In this document: positions 35,149 through 47,320 of the stretch, piece by piece
How positions within the stretch are numbered: position 1 is the first letter of the stretch
How the letters are laid out: each line of letters opens with the position of its first letter
DNA from: Octopus bimaculoides
Taxonomy: Eukaryota
Direction of reading: 5' to 3'
Assembly (NCBI RefSeq): GCF_001194135.2
Contig: NC_068981.1
Location: 199,435,903-199,499,902 of the forward strand
Length of the DNA stretch: 64,000 bases
Notes under the pieces: generated by a model
The model's database searches: none
Told to the model about the DNA's origin: nothing
What the model saw: only the letters and a program-made list of their open reading frames with translations
Position numbers and translations under genes: made by a program

Positions 35149-35431
35149 TTATTTTACATCATCAACATTATTCTGCTGCAGACTTGGCTGACTCTTAAAT
35201 TCTTTGCTTGTCCTAAGTGAAAAATAGATACTCTCCATTGTTTTTACTTCAATCTCGGCCAAATTACTCTGTATTTCGTCTTCTACATTGACTGGGTCCA
35301 TATTTTCCACAACTTCAACAATCCTGTCATCCCTTGAGCACTTTGCATTTGAAATTCCTGTAGTTTACATCGTTCACAGTTATTTCTTCTCCGGCTGCAG
35401 CTGTTACTTTGTCAGATTTTGATATCAGCAT
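35149..35431 (-). pseudogene. Coding-like relic: 93-aa ORF broken by one extra base
   Basis: Removing one base from the TTT at 35364-35366 gives MLISKSDKVTAAAGEEITVNDVTTGISNAKCSRDDRIVEVVENMDPVNVEDEIQSNLAEIEVKTMESIYFSLRTSKEFKSQPSLQQNNVDDVK*; strong bias to G-starting codons. Confidence 0.35.
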
Positions 35432-35518
35432 ACAGCAGCAGCAGCAGCAGTAGTAGTTATAGTGGAGGTGGTGGTGGTCTCCTCATACACTGAACCTTTT
35501 CTGTCCTTTTTCACAGGT

Positions 35519-36670
35519 CAGTGTTTTTCAACTGGGGTTCCCTGGAACCCTAACATTCCGCAAAAAATTCCTAGAGGTTCTGCAAGAAAGAGTGAGATAA
35601 GCCAATGCCAATTTCATTTATCGTAATATCACTAAACATGCACAACATATTATTGGTTATTGTCATATAGACATCGTCCTATCTAACCTATTATGTTATC
35701 AAAAAAATATAACAACCATTGGGGATATGTTTAGTGATGTCTGTAATTTATGGACACCCTATATATATCATCATCATCATCATCATCGTTTAACGTCCAC
35801 TTTCCCTGCTGGCATGGGTTGGACGGTTTGACTGAGAACAGGTGAACCAGAGGGCTGCACCAGGCTCCAATCTGATCTGGCAGAGTTTCTACAGCTGGAT
35901 GCCCTTCCTAACGCCAACCACTCCAAGAGTGTAGTGAGTGCTTTTTACATGCCACCGGCATGAGGGCCAGTCAGGCGGTTCTGGCAACGACCACGCTTAA
36001 AAGGTGTTTTTACATGTCACCTGCACAGGAGCCAGTCTGGCGGCACTGGCAACAACCATGATCGAATGTTGCTTTTGACATGCTACTGGCACATGTGCCG
36101 GTAAGGCGACACTGGCAATGATCAGACTGGAATGGTGCTTTTCGTGTGTCACCGGCACGGGAGCCAATCCGTGGCCCTGGTAACAATCACACTCGGAAGT
36201 GCTTTTAACATTCCACTGGCACGAGTGCCCATCAGGCAGTACTGTCATCGGCCACGTCAGCGATTTTGATTTGTTTACACTTGCCTCAATGGGTCTTCAC
36301 AAGCAAAGTTCATTGTCCAATGAATGAGGGGTGCTCATAAGTGGCCTGCTTACACCACACATTCAGATGTGATTTTAACGTTCCACTAGCAAGAGTGCCA
36401 ATGAGGTGGTATTGTTGTCGGCCACGTCAGCAATTTTGATTTTGATTCCACTTGCCTCAACAGGTCTTCACAAGCAAGGTTTATTGTCCAATGAATGAGG
36501 GGTATTCATGAATGGGTTGGTTACACCCACTGGCATAGGCCATGGGCTATGGTCTCACTTGGTTTGTTGGGTCTTCTCAAGCACAGCATATCTCCAAAGG
36601 TCCCGGTTGCTAGTGATTGCCTCGGTAAGGCCCAATGTTTAAAGGTCGTACTTCACCACCTCATCCCAAG

Positions 36671-36767
<97 letters not shown>

Positions 36768-36899
36768 GATATTTACCACGTGAACTATGACAAAAAAATA
36801 TGAGAAAAATATGGTATAAAAAAATTTTTGTGCAGGGCTTCTTTGAGACGTAATTTATTTTAAGGGTTACACAAGGGGAAAAAGGGTTGAGAAACACTG
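35519..36899. mobile_element. hAT-like TIR pair enclosing nested insertions
   Basis: CAGTGTTTTTCAAC at 35519 and GTTGAGAAACACTG ending at 36899; no 8-bp TSD seen. Confidence 0.55.
35768..36670 (-). mobile_element. RTE LINE 3' end with about six UTR units and a ~170-bp internal duplication
   Basis: Tail at 35768, ORF end near 36560-36670; 36199-36345 is repeated at 36370-36520. Confidence 0.88.
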
Positions 36900-37409
36900 G
36901 TGTTGATATGAATGACAGAACGTTTCCCTAGATGGAGCTAACATCATTAATGCTGTGTGCCAAAAATGATCTATTTTGATTAAAATTGAACTCAGAACAA
37001 GAAAAAAGCCATTAATGACAAAAGAGATTCGTAATAATTTTTGTCATTAGGGAAAAGCGGGGGGGAACTGCTAAATTTAAATTTAGAAAAATTAAATAGA
37101 CATACTACTGTAGGAAGAGAACTTTATCTTTAGTATTCATAAACTACAACTACTGACATGTTTCTCTCTTATTAGACCTCATCAGGGAAATGTAACCTTT
37201 ACTGCATATTAAAACAATTGAGAAAATTTAGTTTTAGGGCTGGAAATAATTCACTAATTAAGCAATTTAAAATAATGGCATTGGATAAATTTCCAATGGA
37301 AAACATTGGGTTGAGTGTGTTGGCTAGTTTAGTTCAGTTGACACTCTTGGTGCACCCAGTTTCTGCTCTTTAGGCGGTTGTGGGTATACAAATCTTCAAA
37401 TTGGTCTGG

Positions 37410-37710
37410 CCACAAACATAATGAAGATGAAGATCGTTGCACAGGCAGCCACCAGCCAAGACAAGTGTCATAAGGTTACATAACAGTGTCCTGGAAACCA
37501 TGGAGGCTTTCCTTTACCTCGGAAGTTACCTGTCCAGCAATTGCAAGATTGGTGCAGCCTACACTGCGATTGGAGAACTCTCAAAACTTGTCTTCCTAAA
37601 CCACAACCTCACCTTCCAAACAAAAGTCATGGCATTCCAAGTTCTTGTCCTTTTCACACTCCTCCATCGTTGTATGTGCACATGTCTATTGAATGTCGTA
37701 CGTGTTTTCT
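37410..37710 (+). mobile_element. RTE RT fragment
   Basis: LETMEAFLYLGSYLS...LTFQTKVMAFQVLVLFTLL. Confidence 0.75.
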
Positions 37711-37758
37711 ATGGAATTCCTGACATGTTTGTCTTGTGTGTGTGCATGTGTGTGTGTG

Positions 37759-37847
<89 letters not shown>

Positions 37848-39003
37848 GTGTGTGTACATTTATGTTGTTAGATGTGAGGGTTGGATGCACAATGATATTC
37901 TTTAACATTTTACTCTTCAAAAAAGAAATGGTTGATGTTGTTGCTGCTACTGTTGTTGTTTAATCATAAACTGGTCATGGTTGAGTAGACCTATGAGGAA
38001 AGACATTCCACTCATAACCATCACATCCGTCTCTCAGGAACTGTACATCTAAGATTATATTTTCTGATGGGCTGATTTCTTTTTAAGATAGTAGAATGGA
38101 ATTTTAGAAATAGTTACCAGTTCACATAATGGCTCCCCGCCACCTCAGAGGCTGGACGGGAGATGCAGATTACACTGATGCAGCTTTAAATCCGTTTCCG
38201 AGCCAAGTTTACAAATGATCGTTGTTCGGTTGGAGAAATGAGCAAGTAAGAGTGGTGCCCTTACTGTGCGGAGATGGGACATTGTCATAGAAGTAGACAA
38301 GATGAAGATAATAATTGTGCTGTCTGACACCGTTTATAATTGTAGTAGTTGCACTACTACTACTACTACTACTGCTGCTGCCGCTGCTGCTGCTGCTGCT
38401 GCTGCCTCAACTGCCATGTAACAACTCTATGTCAAAGATAATGTACAGATACATTGAAGAAGACTTCCTCGAGTGATTATTGATAAAAGAACAAGGCTGT
38501 AAATGTCATGATTTGATCAATTACTTATTGGTTTTCTTCCAAATAGAAACCAATTATTAACAATCCTCTTTGACTTGTTCACTGCAGATTCCCCCCCGCC
38601 CTTTTTTATTCTCCTGTTTAAGTCATAAAAAAAGATAATGTAAAATAAAATGAAACAACTGTGAGAAATTGAAGACAAGAATCAAACAAAAAAATCTGTT
38701 GATTGATCTTTGAAAGGTAACATTAAATCAACAAATATTCCAATAAAAATACAAGTCATTTGCAGTGAAAAGCAATTAGGAACTGTCTGAACATGGAACT
38801 GGTGGCTTTTTCTCTTTTTTAATCAGATTTCTTTTTAACTCTTAGTCAACACTTTTGCATTAAATCTGTTTAACAATTCTCTGACTCAGCAGAACGTCTG
38901 CCCTATCCAGGGTTAATGTTACCCAAACTAAGACTTTTAATTTCAAAAGTAAGCTTGAAATGTCAGGGACACATCTATTTTCTTGGTCTCTCCCTATAAT
39001 TTA

Positions 39004-39220
39004 TCATCATCATCATAATCATCATCATTCAACGGCCATTTTCCATGCTGACAGGGGTTGGATGGTTTGACAGGAGCTGGCAAGCCAGAGGACTGCACCA
39101 GACTTCAATTGTCTGCTTTGGTTTTTACAGCTGGAAACCCTTCCAACCACATTACAAAGTATATTGGGTGCTTTTGTTATATGGCCCCAGCAGGGGTGCT
39201 TTTTATGTGGCACCAGCACG
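39004..39220 (-). mobile_element. RTE tail
   Basis: Conserved tail with (CAT)n. Confidence 0.8.
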
Positions 39221-39259
39221 GTTTCTCCTTACATGCAGCATTCATTTTGTTATTTGTGT

Positions 39260-40065
39260 CTATTTTAAATGCTTTCCATCAGCTCATAACCGACCTCTCC
39301 ACCTCCCACATCTTCTCCACTCCATCCCTCCCTTCCTTCAAACTCACCTGTAATCAATGTGACCTACAGGTGCATAACTTCTTCCCCACTCCTGGTGCTC
39401 AACTTGACTAATTTCCTCCCTCTTGCCCATGCTGTTGCACTTGACCTTTCCTCTCCAACACCATCGTCTTCATCAGTATCCACAGCTGACCCTTCCACAT
39501 CACCCTTGCACCTTCCCTTGCACCTTTAGCAATTGGATTCACTGCATTCTCCACTTTCTTTGCCCATCTCTGTACAATGAACAAACTGGTCAATACTTGA
39601 CTGACCATTTTGCTGAACACTTTCAGGACATCGGACATTCTGATCTCACACCATTCCGTTTGAATGGTCATTCCCTGTAATATGTCTGTATTCAGATGGA
39701 CCTTCAACCTAGACTTCCGTCCCCGTCTGGAGCAGGAATTCATTTTTCCCACCATACTTCAGTCCTTCACAGTTTGAATTCTCCCCCCTTTTCATTTAAA
39801 CTCCCCCTTCACACACACAAACACACCTCTTACCTTCCCACTGTCCCTTCACTTCTACCCCTCATGCACCTACTCCACATTACTCAACACCACATACACA
39901 CTATTCACGTTCAGGCAGCACACACACAAACACACTCACATTTCTTCTTCCTGCTATGCAAATGCTAGCACCTTCCATATCCATCTTCCCATATAACACA
40001 CATACACTTCCCTATACCTATCAGTTTTGTCACTTCTATTCCACCAAACACCTCTATACAGCTTC

Positions 40066-40106
<41 letters not shown>

Positions 40107-40950
40107 ACACACATACGTGCGCATCCATTCACGCACACATTAGCTTCATACGTGCACACAAACTTGCTCACACACGCATATGCCAGGTCACCATTGTCTC
40201 CCTTCCTACTTATGTCTCATGTCCACTACACAGTTCTCTCCTTCGCCACTCACACCTCTCGTGCCGTCATTTCCGCATTGTGGGTCAACATCTATTTTTG
40301 ACACGTTTGTTCTTTTCCTTTCAGAGAAGAATCGGCACATGTTTCATCCCTACTTTTGCACTACCAGTTCTTGGGACCACTTCCTTTTCAATTCCATCCT
40401 TCATTCTCCTTATCCTCTCCTCTCCAGTCATCAGCCATTTTTTTATACCTTCAGTGATTCCACCCTCCTCTTTCAGTTACATCTTACGTCTGCCATATCT
40501 TCTCTTTTAACACATCTATCTGCTACCATTCTCAGCATTCTTCCATATCCACTATCAATGCTCCTCCTCCACCTTCATTGCCCCAGCCACTATAATCATC
40601 CTCATCTACCTCTGACCCCTGTCTCTGTCACAGTTCATCCCTTTCTCTCCCCTCAACTACCACCACCACCTCTTCATCTCCCTACTCTCTCGTCTCTCCA
40701 CAAATTTATGACACTGCGACTCTTCACACTTCCTCTGCTGCTGCTCTTCCTTCCTCACCTACTTCTATCTCCCCCTCACCTCCCCACTCTACATTGATAT
40801 ATACCATCCACCACACCACCACCCTGTTTCTCACTCACTCTATCCCCATCTTTAATCCTCTGTGTAATAACCTTATAGTAATAATGTCGATAATATATGT
40901 AACTTTCAACAATTATCAACTGATACGCCGAAACAGTTGTAGTGATATGT
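39260..40950 (+). mobile_element. Penelope-like element 3' part: GIY-YIG remnant, CT-rich region, decayed hammerhead
   Basis: FHQLITDLSTSHIF and TFPCTFSNWIHCILHFLCPSLYNEQTGQYLTDHFAEH match the TCxSxNxIYCIxC...YIGETG...RFxEH motif; CTGATA-CGCC-GAAACAGTTGTA at 40920-40941. Confidence 0.75.
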
Positions 40951-41009
40951 AATAAAGTCTGTTCATTATTCATTCCATCTTCTTGTGTTAAAATTCTTTT
41001 ACGCACGCG

Positions 41010-41053
<44 letters not shown>

Positions 41054-41471
41054 CACGCACACCTGTATATATCTACATGTGTATGAATTATGTTATAAAA
41101 GGAAAAACCAGGAAAACAAGGTAAACAAAAAAAACGAATGAACAGGATATATTAGATTTGCACACAGGAAAAGATTTGAAGCCTTTTCCATTTTGGGCAT
41201 ACGTTCTTCTACAAAAAAATTGCGTTCAACATCGATTAATTACATTATGCAAGAACGTTTGTGCATACCCATATTTATAAATGTATATGAATTTATACTA
41301 ATACATCCAGTATACATTTTCTGGATGTATGTGAATATGTATCTTACCATTTATGGGTATTCCATAGATTTTGAATGTCAAGTAATTCATGAAATTGTAA
41401 GTTCATAAAAATATATTTTGTAAATCTTATGAAGTCTTGAATACGTATTATGCATGTGTTGTATCGTTTAG

Positions 41472-41553
41472 AATTCCCACGTGAGATCCTGGAAGTATAT
41501 ACCTAATATGCATATTGTGCATAATAGAAAGGAAGATGAGAATGGAGAGGCAG
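41472..41553 (+). CDS. Candidate 82-nt exon (NSHVRSWKYIPNMHIVHNRKEDENGEA)
   Basis: gtgttgtatcgtttag| and GCAG|gtattg; overlaps a competing minus-strand candidate. Confidence 0.3.
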
Positions 41554-41640
41554 GTATTGTCTCGTGAAAGTTTTAACAAAAGGTGGGTGAATGTAGCAAA
41601 GGTGGTGCGTGCGAGTGATGATACCTCTTTGAGCATGATC
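41503..41640 (-). CDS. Candidate minus-strand exon (138 nt; reading frame ambiguous)
   Basis: Very strong acceptor ctctcttttttttatttttctcgatttacag| and AG|gtatat; phase 2 is fully open, phases 0 and 1 end in stops. Confidence 0.35.
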   Translation of the reverse strand, partial: DHAQRGIITRTHHLCYIHPPFVKTFTRQYLPLHSHLPFYYAQYAY

Positions 41641-41964
41641 CTGTAAATCGAGAAAAATAAAAAAAGAGAGAGAGAGAGAGAGAGCACCTTGCTCTCATGT
41701 GCCTATTCCCTGGTGAGGTTACCCTGGTCTTTTCCGTAAGCTTTTCTCTCCATGGATAAACCTAATGTTACATTTTTTTTAGATCTTAAACATTTACTGT
41801 GATACACGATATACGATCCCTTTTTGATCGTTTTTTCTTTTCTACCGATCCCTTTTGATCGAATTTTTTTTCTAAAAGAAAAGCTCTACAATTGTATTTG
41901 TCCCCTCTGTGTGCAGCCCTGTGTGGCCAATAAAAGAAAGTTATCTATCTATCTATCTAAGCAT

Positions 41965-42039
<75 letters not shown>

Positions 42040-42537
42040 TTCTTGTAACATGAAGTAAAAGTTCGTTAATATTATCCCTTTTAATTTTAATAGAGATAAA
42101 TACAAATCCAATTGCTTTCTCTCTTGAATCAAATCAACTCCCCCCCCCCTCTACTTCCCTGTTCTGTCACACAACTCTGACACAACCCGTTAACATAGTT
42201 CCGTGACACTGTTCCGTCATGATTTATGTCACCCTATACAAGCACTATGTCACATTTCTGTGACACTCATCTCTGATACAACAGTATAGGCAATTATCTC
42301 TCTGTACTGTGACACAACTTTGTGGCACAGTTCAGTGTCACTCTTTTGTGAGTATTTCTCTCCCACTATCGCTCTCTACTATGGCAAAAGTTTGCGACAC
42401 TATTCTACCATGATTTATTCCCCACCACCCCTGACCATTTGCTATGACACTTCACTTTGTCTGTCTGTCTCTCTCTCTCTCTCTCCCACTCTCTCTTTGT
42501 ATATATATAGATATATATGTATATATATATACATGCA

Positions 42538-43435
42538 ATGAGTGTTCAGTTCAATTTGACCGTGCATAAAAGGAAAAGAATATACAATAATCCCATCCCA
42601 AAATAAAAGTATTGTTTAAAAACTCAAAAGAATAACAACTATATTACAGCTGGGAGATGACGGTTTACTCTTATAAGTAGCTGCCCTCAGCTTCCGTTAC
42701 AGTTTCAAGACGGCTCCAGAACCTGGCGCATGCATTTCCCACTGTGTCCTGGGAAGGTCTTCAAACACTTCCTTGCTCTTCGTCACCAGCTCTGTCCTGA
42801 TGTTGCAGGCAGAGCGATTGATACATTTCTCAACTGCACCTCACACATACATGAGATTACAATCAGGGAAACTAAGGGGTCAGAGATTGGGGCTGGTGGA
42901 ATCCTAGAAATTCTCCGACAACCATTTCTGATTCATTCCGGAGCTATAATAACAATGCCAATCCTGCTTCCACACGTATGGCTTTCCAGTAGTAACCTTC
43001 TCCAACCAGGGTATCATTACAGTCTCCAGCAGCTTCACATAGCTGGCTAAGTTGAACCTAAGGCCCTGTTCAGAGATGTGGGGTGGCATGACGTTACCTT
43101 CCCTAAGGACACATCCAAAGACCGTCACAGTTTGGGGAAATTTGGTTTTCATGATGTCCACGTCGTGTCTTACAGCCGTTACAGTGTCCACAGAGCATTG
43201 AATAGTAATCAAGATGTCTGCATTTCGACACCTAGCATGAACCATTATGATACAGGTAACTCTTTTCCAATATTCAGATGGCTTCCAGCCGTCTATGTCA
43301 GCTAAATTTTTCTCAATTGCAACTTCAGTTTTTATGTTCTCCAACAATGTTGACTGTTCGACGACAATGTGCCAAGCTGTTTGTGGACAAGAAAATGAGG
43401 TATAAAATCTCATCAAATTTAACCAGAACACCCTG
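42538..43435 (-). mobile_element. DD37D/maT-type Tc1-mariner with internal deletion
   Basis: MKTKFPQTVTVFG...VMPPHISEQGLR...PWLEKVTTGKPYVWKQD...QKWLSENF, then an SPDCN-like motif; CAGGGTGTTC-type TIR. Confidence 0.88.
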
Positions 43436-43437
43436 CC

Positions 43438-43546
<109 letters not shown>

Positions 43547-44154
43547 TCTAAAAACAGAGTCAAACTCAAGAAAACAATGGCCCAACGTAAACAGTGTTGT
43601 CAATCAAGAAAAAAAATAGAACTGAAGTTGATCTTCCATTTTAATTTTAACTCATTTGTGAAAACTGCTGTTGTCGTTTAGTTACAGGTTAACTCTGGTC
43701 CAGTGGAACTATGATGAAAGCTATTCCAGCCATGACCAGCCTGTCTTTTTTCTCTCTGTATTAAACTCCGGACTTCATTAACTATTGTTCTCTTTTCTAA
43801 GATGATGGCTTGCAATTTAAGGGAGACATTGATGCTATTTAAACTTTTAGGATGTTTTATAGCTCCATGCAACTTCTCTACAAAGTCTGTGTCCAGATTG
43901 AAGTTAATCATTCAGTGAATACGTCACTTAGCTCTTGTAATTGTATATAAAAGTCTTCATTTAAACGAAAATGTTATTTTATGTAATGACAATAAATATT
44001 CTCTAAAGCTTCTCCTGCTTTATGAGACATTCAAAGACATTTCTATAAATTTTCTTCTGACAGCGATCTATTATAGGTTTCTACGACTCATAAAATAATA
44101 CCATCCACACATAAAATCACTTTTTCGTGTGTGAAGAAACATGTTTTACCTAGA

Positions 44155-44370
44155 GTCATCATGGTCATCATCGTCGACGTCATCATCGTCATCATCATCG
44201 TCATCGTCATCATTATCAACAACAACAATATCATTTAACGTCTGTTTCCATGTTGGTCTGAGCTGGACAGGAACTGGTAAGCCAAAGGACTGCACCAGGG
44301 TCCAGTTGTCTGTTTTGGCTTCGTTTCTACGACCGGGTGCCCTTCCTAACACTAACCACTTTACAGAGTA
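44155..44370 (-). mobile_element. RTE tail
   Basis: (CAT)n followed by TTTAACGTCTGTTTCCATG...TGCCCTTCCTAACACTAACCAC. Confidence 0.8.
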
Positions 44371-44855
44371 AATTTCAAAAATACCTGGAGCACACAAACG
44401 AAATAATCACAAACAGCTTCTACACACAGATATAATGAATCTTTCTAGCAACGTTATTGATTTTAATATTGTCTTTCTTGTGCTCGTTATTCATCTGTGA
44501 ACTTAGCCAAAATATTTATTCTGTCTTCACAGTAGTTTATCTCATCCAAGATCTGCCAACGGACTTTTGAGGGGTGTAATCTACATCTCAGATACAAAAA
44601 TATAATGATAAAATAATTCATAAAATACTCCGCAAACATTTTGAAATGTCGAAAAATTGAAAATAAAAACATGAGTTGAATAAAATGTATGAATCCCTTT
44701 GAAATTATGTCTTGTTTTTAAATTTAATGCCTTTAATACCATTTTAACGTCAACATTTAGATGCTTTGATGGGTGAGACAAGACAAGATAGAATTTGACA
44801 GGTGAGACAAGACAAGATAGAATAGATAAATGTCCTTCTTGTCACCAGTCCTCAC

Positions 44856-44921
44856 CTGTTTCCAAGCGAGATAATGATTCCTTCAGTCTATCAAACTGCT
44901 TGGAATTGTTTTTACTGAGAG
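44856..44921 (-). CDS. Candidate minus-strand 66-nt exon (LSKNNSKQFDRLKESLSRLET, phase 1 to 1)
   Basis: gacgtttatttgcag| and CAG|gtgagg; helical, protein-like peptide. Confidence 0.4.
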
Positions 44922-45299
44922 CTGCAAATAAACGTCACCATTTGTGTAAAACAAAAGTGATACATTTGTTTACAACCAGCATGCACACATCAATACAAGG
45001 GAATATTAACTCAGTCACGCACACACATGTAATACCTAATCTATATTCTTTTGAGGAATTACGTGTATATTTTTACATGTTCATCAGTGGAAAATCAAAT
45101 TTTGTTGGACTTCATTAAGGAACATCACTAAACACCCAATTCTGTGCAAAAAGTAGATAACTTGTCTTTATTATTATTACATGAAAGACTCTTTGTCAGT
45201 TCTTATCTCTAAATTACAGCTTTTATTTTATTTATTAAACTTCTATTCAACTAAGACTTCAGGAACCAAAACTAAATATTTTTTATATTTGTGTTTCAG

Positions 45300-45330
45300 A
45301 GCATTTATTATAGATATTTTCCATGATTTT
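45300..45330 (+). CDS. Candidate 31-nt exon (AFIIDIFHDF, phase 2 to 0)
   Basis: ttttttatatttgtgtttcag| and |gtaagt; only one frame open. Confidence 0.55.
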
Positions 45331-45797
45331 GTAAGTTTTCAAAATATGTCTAATATCTAAGATCCCTTATCTATAACAGACAAAAGTTTTGTTTGTGAAT
45401 GTCAGACATTATATTATAAATAAAATTGGTTTTCTTACTTCAGAGAATAAGCCATTTCACTTAGAACCAAAAAGTTATAGATTCTAATTCTGTTATTCTA
45501 AAGTTGGTTATTTCAATATTAAACCTTGTCAAGTAGATAAATTGCTATGCTTTGCCTACCATTCTTTCATTCTACCTTTCCTTATTTCATGTAGTGTTCT
45601 CTGATAACTGCTTTTAACTTCAAAGTTCAATGCACCTCACAATATTTGAAAGTTAACTAAAATGGGTTGAGAGTTCCAAGGAACTGGGATGTTATATAAT
45701 TATAACCTAATATCAATTTCTGCTTATTCCATTATTGTATAAACTTTTATTACTGCTGTTAATAAACTTCTTTTGTATGATTACTATAATTACTTAC

Positions 45798-45969
45798 ATT
45801 ATTATCTTCAGATTTATTGTTAACTTTAAAATTTGCCATTATGGGGTTATTGTTATTATTTGCATTCCTCACATCACTGTCTCCTTTGTGAGCCCTCAAT
45901 TTGGGGTCAGATCCAGAGTTTGAATTATTATATGTGTCTATATTATTCTGCAATATATTTTTAGCCTTG
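45798..45969 (-). CDS. Candidate minus-strand Asn-rich exon (172 nt)
   Basis: Open frame KAKNILQNNIDTYNNSNSGSDPKLRAHKGDSDVRNANNNNPIMANFKVNNKSEDNN; perfect |gtaagt donor, modest acceptor. Confidence 0.3.
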
Positions 45970-45995
45970 CTATGGGTAATTACAGTATAGCAAGT

Positions 45996-47060
45996 ATTGG
46001 ATCGTCCCATGAATAATGCGTTTTTTTTATTCTTTTATTTTTCATAATTAAGATAAATAAAGTATTTTTCAATCTAAAATATACTCTCTTTCATTTTCTA
46101 TAATGCTTTTCCATCTTTCTGGTAGACTTGCAAGGCCCCACTTCCAAAATTCAGTTGTCTGTGATGAAAAATACTCCTCCAGTACTGTTCTGACCTTGAC
46201 TACAGAATTCATATTTTTCCGTCCAAACGATTTTGATGACTGCGGAATAAATGATAATCAGATGGGGCAATGTCCAGCGAATATGGTGGGTGGAGCATTC
46301 AGACAGCTCCAACCTTTGAAATGTCATCCTCACTGTATGTGGCCAAGCATTATCCTGATGGAAGAGCATCTTTCTTCTTGCAACCAAAGACGGTCATTTT
46401 TCTTCTGGTGCTGACTTAAGCTACTCAAGTTGCTCACAGTAGATTTCCTTTGTTATCGTTTCGTTTGGGTTTAAAAGTTCAAAGTGAACTAAACCTTTCA
46501 CATCCCACCAAACAAATAACAATACCTTATGTGAGTGAAGACCTTCTTTAACCTGGGGTGCCAGTATTTTTCCTTTCCCTACCCACTGACTTCAGCACTT
46601 GACATTTTTAGAGAGAACCCATTTCTCATCACCAGTTACTATTTGGTCCAAAAAAGGTTCATTCGTGAGACATGGCAGCAAAGAAGAGCATACATTCACT
46701 CTCTGCATGCAATTAGACTCAGAAAATTTGTGAGGAACCCATTGACCCAATTTGTGAGAAACCCATTGACACAGGTGTTGATGAATGGTTGAATGACCAA
46801 ATTCAAGTTTCTCTGCTAGTTTCTCAACAGTTATGATGAGATTTTGTCCCACCAGGATTTGCAGAATGTCCTCATTGAGCTCTACAGATCTTCCAGGATG
46901 AGGCTCATCTTTTAGGGTTTAGTTCCCGGCTTGGAATTTCTGGAACTGCCGTTGACACCATATACTACATTAATATTCCTCACACTTTCTGTTGCATTGT
47001 TGCCTTTATTCTTTTTCACTATAAAAATTAATTTCCAATAAATAAAATAGAGACAGTCAA
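45996..47060 (-). mobile_element. Degenerate mariner (Mos1/SETMAR-like)
   Basis: GQWVPHKFS, FLDQIVTGDEKWV, VWWDVKG, MLFHQDNAWPH; TIR-like TATTGGATCGTCCCAT. Confidence 0.9.
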
Positions 47061-47193
47061 ATTTTCGTCAAACCATTCATTCTAGCCCCAATTTATAGAG
47101 CAAATTATCATGCTACCTTAGTACAGTTATAGTACCGCAGCTGTTAAATATTAATCACCGAGCAGGCCCAACCCTCTACTAAAAAAACTCAAA

Positions 47194-47320
47194 GCTGAGC
47201 TAAAGAACTGGCTATTTATAAAACACCACTTGATAATAACATTGGTTTAATGTCTGAGATATAAAATAGGCTAATGATAACATTTGTAAGAAAGTAATAC
47301 AATCTCAATGGAAATAAAGA
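47194..47320 (+). repeat. Local duplicate of 48098-48200 and 48358-48384 in permuted order
   Basis: About 100-bp near-identical block plus a 27-bp block. Confidence 0.85.

Noticed and set aside
35930-36250. CRISPR-like regular repeats
   Set aside because: The 'spacers' are homologous to each other, the arrays lie in a LINE 3' UTR, the context is eukaryotic and there are no cas genes.
37654-37963. HT/VC/YI-rich ORFs here and throughout the window
   Set aside because: Translations of (CA)n, (TA)n and (CATA)n microsatellites.
38846-38911. LRR-like LNLFNNSLT exon candidate
   Set aside because: Single short motif, weak donor, no other LRRs.
45812-45990. Hydrophobic + frame with an internal TGA, suggesting a NUMT or membrane-protein exon
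   Set aside because: No recognisable mitochondrial motif; the hydrophobicity is explained as the antisense of an Asn-rich (AAT) frame.
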